Assembly (NCBI GenBank): GCA_965197585.1
Contig: OZ240215.1
Span: forward strand, 864,001 to 928,000
Length of the DNA stretch: 64,000 nt
Reading direction: 5' to 3'
From: Dehalococcoidia bacterium
GTDB lineage: Bacteria > Chloroflexota > Dehalococcoidia > Plut-88900
Below the pieces are notes generated by a model, which saw only the letters and a program-made list of their open reading frames with translations, searched no databases and had not been told where the DNA came from. Shown here piece by piece: positions 19,913-27,991 of the stretch. Position 1 is the stretch's first letter. Every line of letters starts with the position of its first letter. The position numbers and the translations under genes are program-made.

Positions 19913-20581
19913 CTAGGAGGAGGTCCTCTTGTCTACCAGGGCTTTGGCGTGGGCCAAGAGAGGCTCAAAGAACTCTTCGTAGAACTGGGAGTCGATGCCT
20001 ATGACAGTGTCGCCATAGATTACGATCCCGCTGAGCCCGTTGAAGACGCTGCTTTCGCAGATGCCCTTGTCTACGAAATCCAGGTTGTAGCTGTCTTGCC
20101 CTTCCTTACCGGCTCTGATGAGGGCGCAGGACCGAGGGTTTTGGTTAAGCCTATCGACTCCGGGGCGGGTGACAAGAATGAGGGACTCGAAGAGGCGTTG
20201 GGCGTCCTGTTCGGTGGGGAAAGACTGCACCCACCAAGTCGAGAAGAGTCCCGCCGTGTTCATGTCGCAGCGAAGGATGGTCGATTCGGCCTCGGACTGG
20301 TGGAACTTGAGGAATAGGCGCTCGACGTTGCGCTTGGGTTCGTTCTCGACATATGTGCGCGTGACCCTGGTTAGCTCCCCCAACTCGCCGTGGGGGCGGA
20401 ATATGCAGTCTTCATCCGACCATTCGATCAGGGAGGTCGGGGCTTGAGTGGGGGTCGCCGGGGGGGTAGTCGGGGATGGTGTGGGCGCGGGCAGAGTGGC
20501 CGTAGGCGCTGCTCCCGAGCTGCAGGCCGCGGCAAAGGCCAGGAGGGCCACGATTAGGGTCAAGGTGATTATGGATCGCAT
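19913..20581 (-). CDS. Hypothetical lipoprotein
   Basis: Signal peptide with lipobox AAAC followed by a Pro/Thr-rich linker. Confidence 0.7.
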   Translation of the reverse strand: MRSIITLTLIVALLAFAAACSSGAAPTATLPAPTPSPTTPPATPTQAPTSLIEWSDEDCIFRPHGELGELTRVTRTYVENEPKRNVERLFLKFHQSEAESTILRCDMNTAGLFSTWWVQSFPTEQDAQRLFESLILVTRPGVDRLNQNPRSCALIRAGKEGQDSYNLDFVDKGICESSVFNGLSGIVIYGDTVIGIDSQFYEEFFEPLLAHAKALVDKRTSS

Positions 20582-20678
20582 TAGATAGTCGAAAAGGATC
20601 AGAAGACGTAGGTCAATTTTACACCAAGTGGAGAGGCGCCACTTTCATCCGGCGCTCCAATAAAGGACCGATATGTCG

Positions 20679-21575
20679 CTAAGAAGGCGTCTGTTCGCCG
20701 GTAAGCCGGTCCATGACCATTGTTATATGGGCTCGAACTTCGTCGGTTGGGGCCAGCGTTAGGGCGCGGGCAAGGGAGTCTAGAGCCTCTTTAGTGCGGC
20801 CCATCTTGGCCAGTGCCACGGCCTGGTTGTTAATGGCGAGGACGTTGTCCGGGTCGAGGCTAAGAGCGGCCTCGGAATCAGCGAGGGCATCGGGGGCACG
20901 GTCCTGGTCGAGGTAGGCTGCGGCCCGATTTACCAGGGCAATGACGAGATTGGGTTGCAGACTCAGGACGGTGGAGGCGTCCTTGACGGCTGCATCGAAA
21001 TCACCCTTGTGTCTGTAGGCCTCACCGCGATCGATGTAGGGTTGGGGCAGATGCGGGTCCAGGTCAATGGCGGCGGTGGTGTCCTGGATCGCTCTATCGA
21101 AAGCGCCTATTGTTAGGAAGGCACTGGCTCGGTGGCTGTAGGCGAGGGGATACCGGGGATCGAGGCTTACGGCCTTGTTGAAGTCACCGAGAGCCATGAC
21201 GACTTTACCCAAACCCCTGTAGGCAGCGCCCCGGTTGACGTGGGCGGCGGCGGTTGGATTCAGAGCGATGGCTTCATTGGAGTCTGCGAGGGCGCGCTCG
21301 AAATTGCCCATGTTGACATAGGCGGCGGCGCGGTCGACGTAAGCCCCGGCATTTTGGGCGTCGAGCATCAGGGCTTTGGTGGCGTCGGTGACGGCTTTGC
21401 CGGCCTGGCCCTTGAAGTTGTGGGCCTCGGAGCGGCGGAGGTAGGCGTCTACCAGGGTACCGTCGAGACGGATGGCGAGGTCGAATAGGCCGATTGCCTC
21501 GTCGATCTGGCCTTGGTCGAGGAGACGTACCCCTTCTTGGAGGTTTGTCAGCGCGTTTTGCGTTTGATCGGACAT
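20679..21575 (-). CDS. Tetratricopeptide repeat protein
   Basis: About eight 34-aa repeats of type A..NRG.AY...G....A..D...A..L.P. Confidence 0.92.
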   Translation of the reverse strand: MSDQTQNALTNLQEGVRLLDQGQIDEAIGLFDLAIRLDGTLVDAYLRRSEAHNFKGQAGKAVTDATKALMLDAQNAGAYVDRAAAYVNMGNFERALADSNEAIALNPTAAAHVNRGAAYRGLGKVVMALGDFNKAVSLDPRYPLAYSHRASAFLTIGAFDRAIQDTTAAIDLDPHLPQPYIDRGEAYRHKGDFDAAVKDASTVLSLQPNLVIALVNRAAAYLDQDRAPDALADSEAALSLDPDNVLAINNQAVALAKMGRTKEALDSLARALTLAPTDEVRAHITMVMDRLTGEQTPS

Positions 21576-21591
21576 GTATGGGGGAGCCGGG

Positions 21592-23424
21592 TTAGAGGTG
21601 TTCTTTGACGATCTCGGCGAGCTTTTGGGTCATCCCGACCACGGCTGCGATCTCACTGGTGTCGGCCTCACGTATGGCGTTGACCGTACCGAACCTGCGG
21701 ATGAGGGCCTTCTTCCGCTTGGGCCCGATGCCCGGGACAGAGTCCATGGCCGACCTCACGCTGCTCTTCTTCCGCAGTTGCCTGTGGAAGGTAATGGCGA
21801 AGCGGTGGGCCTCGTCTCTGATGCGCTGGACAAGGTAGAGGGCCTGGGAGCTGCGAGGCAGGATAATCGGCTCCTTGCTGTCGGGGCGGAATACCTCCTC
21901 GTAGCGCTTTGCGATGCTGGCCAGGGGTATATGCGCGATGCCGAGTTCCAGGAAGAGCTGGTGTATGGCGCCCAGGTGGCCCTTGCCGCCGTCGATGAGG
22001 ACGAGGTCCGGGACGATGGTCCAGCTGTCGGTTTTGGCGTTGACGGAGTCCTTGAGCCGACGGAAGCGTCGGCGGAGCATCTCCTGCATCATGGAATAGT
22101 CGTCGATGCCCTGGACGGTCTTGATCTTGAACTTGCGGTAGTGGGCAGGCTTGGGTTTTCCGTTTTCGAAGACGACCATTGAGCCGACGGGGTTTGAGCC
22201 CTGAATGTTGGAAATGTCGTAGCATTCCATACGCTGGGGCAGTTCGGGGAGGTTGAGGTGCTCCTGAAGCTCAGACATGGCCCCGGTGATGGCGTCGGCG
22301 TCGGCCAGCCACTTGATGTGGCGCTGCGCGAGCCCCTGCTCCGCGTTGGCGGCGACCATATGCAGCAGGTTCTTGCGGTTGCCGCGGCGGGGGACCCTCA
22401 TATGTACTCTACGGCCTCGTTTACTCTCCAGCCAGGAGTTAATCAAGGTGGAGTCAACAGGTGCGTGCTGGAGGAGGAGGAGGGGCGGGACGTAGGATGC
22501 CGAGTCGTAAAACTGCTTGATGAATCCGGCCATAATCTCGGCGTCACCCTCGTCTTGGGTGCCTTCCATGATGAAGTGGTCTCGGCCGACGGTCTTGCCC
22601 GCCCGGACGAAGAATATCTCGATCCATGCCTCGTCCTGGCCGCGTGACAGGGCTATGTAGTCCTCGTCCTTGAGGTGTAGGGAGTGGACTTTCTGCGTCT
22701 GCGATACCCTGTCGATGGCGCGTACCTGGTCCCTGAGGGCTGCGGCGCGCTCGAACTCGAGACGCTCGGCGGCCTGGTGCATACTGGCGCTCAGGTCTTT
22801 GACTATGGTCTCGTGCTTCCCTTCGAGGAACAGGATGACCTGGTCGATAACCTGGCGGTACTCGTCCTTGGACGCCGCGCCGATGCACGGCCCGACGCAA
22901 CGGTGGATGTAGTAGTCGAGACAGGGGCGCGGGTCGGTGCCGGTGATGTTCTTGGTGCAGGACCGGTAGGGGAAGAGCTTCTTGATTAGGTCCAGGGTGC
23001 GTCGGACGGAACTGGCGGATGCAAAGGGGCCGAAGTATCGGGCGCCGCGCTCGTCGTCCCGTCTCCTGGTGAAGTAGACGCGGGGAAACTCCTCTTCAAG
23101 GTCTATCTTGATATATGGATATGTCTTGTCGTCCTTGAGGCGGACGTTGTACTTGGGCTTGTAGCGCTTGATGAGGGTGTTTTCGAGGATAAGGGCCTCG
23201 CCCTCGGAATCGGTGACGACGTATTCGTACTGGGCGATGCGCGCGGCGAGGTGCCGACCCTTGAGGGTGAGTGAAGAGGAGTCGGCGAAGTAGGAGCGGA
23301 CTCGGCTGCGCAGGCCCGCGGCCTTGCCGACGTAGATAACCTTGCCGGAGGCGTCCCGGAAGATGTAGACGCCGGGTTTAGTGGGGGTGGCCTTTACCTG
23401 GTCGGCGATGGAGAGCGTAGGCAT
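21592..23424 (-). CDS. uvrC: Excinuclease ABC subunit C
   Basis: PGVY..YVGKA..LRSRVRSYF GIY-YIG domain, ECYDISN, DLVLIDGGKG, RIRDEAHRFA, HhH. Confidence 0.97.
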   Translation of the reverse strand: MPTLSIADQVKATPTKPGVYIFRDASGKVIYVGKAAGLRSRVRSYFADSSSLTLKGRHLAARIAQYEYVVTDSEGEALILENTLIKRYKPKYNVRLKDDKTYPYIKIDLEEEFPRVYFTRRRDDERGARYFGPFASASSVRRTLDLIKKLFPYRSCTKNITGTDPRPCLDYYIHRCVGPCIGAASKDEYRQVIDQVILFLEGKHETIVKDLSASMHQAAERLEFERAAALRDQVRAIDRVSQTQKVHSLHLKDEDYIALSRGQDEAWIEIFFVRAGKTVGRDHFIMEGTQDEGDAEIMAGFIKQFYDSASYVPPLLLLQHAPVDSTLINSWLESKRGRRVHMRVPRRGNRKNLLHMVAANAEQGLAQRHIKWLADADAITGAMSELQEHLNLPELPQRMECYDISNIQGSNPVGSMVVFENGKPKPAHYRKFKIKTVQGIDDYSMMQEMLRRRFRRLKDSVNAKTDSWTIVPDLVLIDGGKGHLGAIHQLFLELGIAHIPLASIAKRYEEVFRPDSKEPIILPRSSQALYLVQRIRDEAHRFAITFHRQLRKKSSVRSAMDSVPGIGPKRKKALIRRFGTVNAIREADTSEIAAVVGMTQKLAEIVKEHL

Positions 23425-23643
23425 TACCAGGTAATTTTAGCATGCGGCTTGAGCACAGTTGGCATATGACAAGCAAATGGAAAAAGCTTCGCGTATGATT
23501 GTCTTCCGGTAACAGGCACGATGTTTGATTGTTTGTTCTGCCGGGAGAAAATCTGAGTCAGAGGTTGTGGAAGAAGTGTCGGTGGCTTTTCTTGTTCCGT
23601 AGTCGGCAATTTATGGTGTGCGATGGGTGCATGTGGGGAGGGG

Positions 23644-23673
23644 AATATAGTACAACCGTGCGGGGCCAGTCAA
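23644..23673 (-). promoter_or_regulatory. Putative distal uvrC promoter
   Basis: Minus strand TTGACT-18nt-TATATT preceded by TTGTAC, same geometry as the promoter at 54753. Confidence 0.45.
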
Positions 23674-23722
23674 TGGGGCGGCGTCACAACCCCGCCAGGA
23701 AAGAGACCATTCCCCCACCCTT

Positions 23723-23748
23723 GCATCCCGGCCCCAGGCCGGAATGAA
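23723..23748 (-). repeat. REP-like palindrome (TCATTCCGGC...GCCGGRAT family)
   Basis: Reverse complement TCATTCCGGCCTGGGGCCGGGATG resembles the copy at 25522. Confidence 0.55.
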
Positions 23749-23761
23749 TGGAGAGAGGGGG

Positions 23762-24130
23762 CTATCTGAGGAAGAAAGTAAGGACGCCGAGAAGAAGGGC
23801 TACGACCACAGTGATCAGGCCGATACGCCTGACATCGGTAAGGACGTAGCCGTAGCGCCAGGGCGCTCCGGCAGTTGCAGGGGCGACGACCTGCGTTCCG
23901 GGTTGCGCAGTTCGCTCCACGGCCTCGGAAGGAGAGCCTGATTCGAGAGCGTCGGTCGACTCAAGGACAGGGGCATCGGTATCCGCGGCGCCGGCCGCGG
24001 GGGGAGGGGTAGGAGTGGGGGCAGAGACTCCGGAAAGCTCGATCTGCCGTTGGGACAGACTCGGCTTGCCCTTCTTTCTCTTGGTGCTTGCAGATTGTCT
24101 GGCGGCGAACCGCTTTGACTTTTTCGCCAT
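23762..24130 (-). CDS. Hypothetical protein with basic N-terminus and C-terminal TM helix
   Basis: SD CAGGA; Lys/Arg-rich start, low-complexity linker, YV..D.RRI plus hydrophobic tail. Confidence 0.7.
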   Translation of the reverse strand: MAKKSKRFAARQSASTKRKKGKPSLSQRQIELSGVSAPTPTPPPAAGAADTDAPVLESTDALESGSPSEAVERTAQPGTQVVAPATAGAPWRYGYVLTDVRRIGLITVVVALLLGVLTFFLR

Positions 24131-24200
24131 GTTTAGTCCTGATTAAAAATCTATGGTCAGATTATAGTCGGCGGGAAACCGGGGCCGCAAACGCGGAACG

Positions 24201-25133
24201 TCACGCTCTTGGATGGGCCTTGTCGTATTGGTCCCGGACCTGGTCGCTGGCAAGGTGGGTGTAGACCTGGGTCGTGGAGATGTTGGCGTGGCCGAGCATC
24301 TCCTGGACGTGCCTGAGGGGTGCGCCACCTCTGAGCATGTGGGTGGCGAAGCTATGACGGAGGATGTGGGGAGTTATGGGGGTCTTGATCCCCGCCTCTT
24401 TTGCGTAACCCTTCAAGATGAGCCAGAAGCCTTGCCGCGTAAGACGGTCGCCCCGGCGGTTCAGGAACAGAGCCTGCTCCTCGAACTTCTTTCGGAGACG
24501 AGGCCTGGCCCGTTCGACGTACTCCCGCAGGGCCTCCGAGGCCTCCTGGTGGATGGGAACGATCCTCTCCTTGCCGCCCTTGCCCAGACAGCGGACATGG
24601 TTGTTGCGAATGTCGACGTCGGCGACGTTGAGGGAAACTAGCTCGGTGACTCGGAGTCCGCTGGCGTACAAGAGGTCCAACATGGCGCAGTCACGGAGGC
24701 TGTCGGGAGAGACGGGTTTGGGCCGGCCATCCGGGGTCTTGCGTTCCCTGGTCGCAGTTAAGAGCCTATTGATGTCCTCGACGGAGAGGGCTTTTGGCAG
24801 GGCTCGCCCGACCTTCGGCGAGTTCATATGCTCGGTGGGGGCGGTCTCGATGTCACCCTCGTCGACCAGGAAGGCGAAGAAGGACTTGATGGCGGCGATC
24901 TTTCGGGCGATGGTGGAGTCCTTGAAGGTGCGGTCCCGGAGGTCTAGGCCATACTTGGCGACCATGTCGCGATCTACGCCGCCCCAGTTGGAGACATGCT
25001 TCCTGGGCCCGAGGCCCGTTTCGATGAACTCCAGGAACTGGTAGAGGTCGTTGCGGTAGGCGTATAGGGTGTTGGCGGAAAGGCCGCGTTCCACGGTGAG
25101 ATGAGTTAAAAATGCATCGATTACTATTTTCAC
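24201..25133 (-). CDS. xerD: Site-specific tyrosine recombinase XerD
   Basis: ERGLS.NT..AY..DL, LYASGLRVTEL, GKGGKER, HILRHSFATH, LGHANISTTQVYTH. Confidence 0.95.
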   Translation of the reverse strand: MKIVIDAFLTHLTVERGLSANTLYAYRNDLYQFLEFIETGLGPRKHVSNWGGVDRDMVAKYGLDLRDRTFKDSTIARKIAAIKSFFAFLVDEGDIETAPTEHMNSPKVGRALPKALSVEDINRLLTATRERKTPDGRPKPVSPDSLRDCAMLDLLYASGLRVTELVSLNVADVDIRNNHVRCLGKGGKERIVPIHQEASEALREYVERARPRLRKKFEEQALFLNRRGDRLTRQGFWLILKGYAKEAGIKTPITPHILRHSFATHMLRGGAPLRHVQEMLGHANISTTQVYTHLASDQVRDQYDKAHPRA

Positions 25134-25254
25134 CTTGCCACTCTCCTATAGATATGAGGATGAATACCGGACAAGTTTAACATAACGCGATAGTGGATGG
25201 TAAAGTCGAGCCTGGCGGGTGGTCCCGTTCACATAGAGGGGTGACATATCCCCC

Positions 25255-25283
25255 TTGACTTCATAAGACATGTGTTCTATTAT
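25255..25283 (+). promoter_or_regulatory. sigma70 promoter with LexA-like box
   Basis: TTGACT-17nt-TATTAT with AGAC-ATGT-GTTC abutting the -10. Confidence 0.6.
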
Positions 25284-25521
25284 TGGGCCAGTCTAGACCC
25301 GACACCCACCTTAAGGAGGTACAAAAAACTAGGGAAGCCCACCCGGCCCCCGAGGACTCAACGTCCAAGCCCATCCCAAAGGGCGGCCCACACGCCGCCC
25401 CACGGCACAAGCAAACGCCGCCATCTCCTCATCCCATCGGGTCCCGTGCCCCTTCCCTGACCACCCAGGCGATGGAAGAAGCCCTGGCTTTCTACTCCCA
25501 CCCCTCCCCCACCATCCCCCA

Positions 25522-25550
25522 GTCATTCCAGCCTCCAGGCCGGAATCCAG
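25522..25550 (+). repeat. REP-like palindrome inside element A
   Basis: GTCATTCCAGCCTCCAGGCCGGAATCCAG. Confidence 0.65.
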
Positions 25551-26198
25551 AGGCGGGGTGCGCAGGGAGATTACAACAAGGGTGAAAGGAGATGTACTCG
25601 CGGACCGTAAGACCCCCATAGAGAACCGTCTCGAAGTTCGGACCGCACCGCAAGAGTTAGCGCGCTACGGCGAGGGGGTGCCGGAGGATTTGCTCCGTAT
25701 CGCTCCGGCAAACTGAAAAATCATTAGTCAGGCTGTGGGGCCACAGCTGGATCCCTGGCCCTGACGTGCCCATAGCGGTATACAGCCCCGAAGGAGCCTC
25801 TCACGGACGTCCTGCCCTGGAAGTGTCCGTGAATATAATCGAGCAGAGGGCACGGCCGGCTGCAAGTCCCTCCCTCTCAGGCGGGGCCTGCTCTTAAGGC
25901 CCCCCGACAGCCGGAACACCCGCAAAGAGAGAATGCAAAGCCAGTTAGAGGGCAAGAGGGCGTCTTCCATCGCCGTCCCAAAACCCAACAGACAGAACGG
26001 AAACCCAAACCCCACAATCGAAGATGGAACATCCGCCTCTGGAGGACTGAATAAAAGGCTGGTGTGTCGCTAACCTGCCGAACAAGTACAGCGGATTGAC
26101 CGGCATTCGGCGGGGAGGCTACACTGGATGGGTGAAGTGAACGGATAGTGAAGCTGACCGGACTACTTATACGATAAGGACGGAGCCCGAGATCAAGG

Positions 26199-27035
26199 AT
26201 GCTTGAAATCAACATGGACCCCCTCCTGATTGGTGGGTTGTCCTGGCACGGGATTTTCACGGCCCTGGGGGTGGCATTTGCGGTATTCGGCACGACGAGG
26301 CTTGCGCGGGACAGGGGCATGGACCCCCAGGTCATCTATTCCTGCGCAGCGTGGGCGGTGCCGGGAGGGGTGGTGGGGGCTCGGCTGGTCCACGTATTTG
26401 ACAACTGGTCCTATTACATAAACGACCCGGTAAAGATATTCACCATCTGGAATGGCGGTGTGGGGCTGTGGGGCGCTTTGCTCGGTGGGACGATTACCGG
26501 CGTCACCTGGGCTATTTTGAACAAGCAGTCCGTGGGCAAAATCGCCGACATTACTGCTCCCATGATGCTGGTCGCTCAGACTATTGGCCGGGTGGGGGAC
26601 GTGATCAATGGAGAACACTTCAGCACCCGGACGAGCCTGCCGTGGGGCTGGGTCCACACCCACGCCAACTGGCCGGGCCTCAATACGGGCCGACCGGCGA
26701 TTCCCGTATCCGAGAGCGGAGCGGAGATAGCATATCACCCCTCCGTTGCCTACGAGATGGTGGGCGACGTACTGCTGTTCTTTGTCATCATGCGGCTCAT
26801 CGGTCGAGTCAAGCCCGACGGTATGGTGATGCTCATCTATCTCGGGACATATGCGGCTATAAGGTTCGCTGTGCAGTTCACTCGGGACGATCCGGGGAGA
26901 ATAGGGTCTTTGCATCAGGCGCATGTAATATCTCTGCTAACGATGGTAGCGGTCTTGGCAGTCGGGGCATTTCTGCTGGTGCGCCAGCGTTCTGAAGGGC
27001 CCCGTGCCCCGAGCCCGCCATTGAAGAGCGCATGA
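26199..27035 (+). CDS. lgt: Prolipoprotein diacylglyceryl transferase
   Basis: WHG, GARL.HV, W.GG...G.L.GG, AQ.IGR.G..INGE, HP...YE, RF..QF.R.D. Confidence 0.93.
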   Translation: MLEINMDPLLIGGLSWHGIFTALGVAFAVFGTTRLARDRGMDPQVIYSCAAWAVPGGVVGARLVHVFDNWSYYINDPVKIFTIWNGGVGLWGALLGGTITGVTWAILNKQSVGKIADITAPMMLVAQTIGRVGDVINGEHFSTRTSLPWGWVHTHANWPGLNTGRPAIPVSESGAEIAYHPSVAYEMVGDVLLFFVIMRLIGRVKPDGMVMLIYLGTYAAIRFAVQFTRDDPGRIGSLHQAHVISLLTMVAVLAVGAFLLVRQRSEGPRAPSPPLKSA

Positions 27036-27158
27036 TGAGATGGGCAACTTTTGCTAGAGTAATTCGTTAAATGGTGTGAGGGACTTGTTGCCCGAATCGG
27101 TCTTTTGTTGACATACTATGAGTAACGGTTACAGGACAGGAGAGGAGCCGATAGCGCT

Positions 27159-27974
27159 ATGGTGAATCCCGGCACAGGAACGCAGCAGACCGCACCGAGT
27201 GGCCTGGCGAGAATCGGGTTCTCGCCGGCGCCGTTTATGCATGCAGTAGCGTTCGTGGCCGGATTCTCGCTGGTGTTCACGGGGCTTGGGGCGCTTTTGG
27301 GGTCCCTGGGGACGGGGAGTTGGCGGGACTGGCTGGAGATCGGGGCGGGAACGTTACTGATTATCCTGGGATTCCACCTGAGCGGGGTTGTGCGGTTCGG
27401 CCCGCTAACCAGCATTCTGTACCGGCAGAGAGGAATCGGGATCGGGGCGGGCGACAAGCCGAACCTCATGAGGTCTGCGGTGGTCGGGGCGGCGTTTGCC
27501 ATAGGATGGACGCCGTGCGTGGGCCCGATCCTGGCGGGGATACTGTCCCTGACACTTGAGGGTTCGATAGGTCAGGGTGCGGTGCTGATGTTCGCGTACT
27601 CCCTGGGCCTGGGACTGCCATTCCTGTTGGTAGGGGCCTTCATAGGCGTTGCCAAGCGATGGCTGAAGAAGGTTAATCCGTACCTCGAATTCATCGAGCT
27701 CATAAGCGGACTGTTGCTGGTGTTGATTGGAGCGCTCATTGTGACCGGCTCCCTGCAACAGCTGAATTCCTACTTCACGTTCATACCCGAAGTAACGGGC
27801 AGCAGCGAAGTCACGGGGATGGGTGGGGCGTCGATAGTCATAGCGTTTGCGGGCGGAATACTGTCGTTCCTGTCGCCGTGCATCCTGCCTCTGGTGCCGA
27901 TCTGGCTGGGATACATGGGAGGCTCGGTGCTGGACCGCCGGACCCCGAGCATCCAGCCCGCTCCGGCTGCCTAA
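27159..27974 (+). CDS. ccdA: Cytochrome c biogenesis/thiol-redox membrane protein CcdA (DsbD-TM), circularly permuted
   Basis: GWTPCVGPIL, YSLGLGLPF; the usually N-terminal AF.GG.LSFLSPCILPLVP motif lies at the C-terminus. Confidence 0.88.
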   Translation: MVNPGTGTQQTAPSGLARIGFSPAPFMHAVAFVAGFSLVFTGLGALLGSLGTGSWRDWLEIGAGTLLIILGFHLSGVVRFGPLTSILYRQRGIGIGAGDKPNLMRSAVVGAAFAIGWTPCVGPILAGILSLTLEGSIGQGAVLMFAYSLGLGLPFLLVGAFIGVAKRWLKKVNPYLEFIELISGLLLVLIGALIVTGSLQQLNSYFTFIPEVTGSSEVTGMGGASIVIAFAGGILSFLSPCILPLVPIWLGYMGGSVLDRRTPSIQPAPAA

Positions 27975-27991
27975 AGCCCACCGACGGGTCC

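Larger units (their letters stand above)
25241..26090 (+). ncRNA. Two-copy structured intergenic element, copy A (candidate large ncRNA or non-autonomous element)
   Basis: Own promoter; 128-nt block ungapped and ~88% identical (manual count) to 54860-54987; conserved 3' block; long-range stem 25468-25479/25963-25974. Confidence 0.6.

Noticed and set aside
25283-25585. ORFs overlapping element A (100, 62, 96, 95 and 152 aa)
   Set aside because: Pro-rich by-products of C-rich sequence, without SD-linked starts and not conserved in frame with copy B
24201-26090. xerD plus adjacent element as an integron or prophage integrase locus
   Set aside because: The protein looks like housekeeping XerD without the IntI-specific insertion; no attC-flanked cassettes or phage genes; the second element copy has no recombinase nearby
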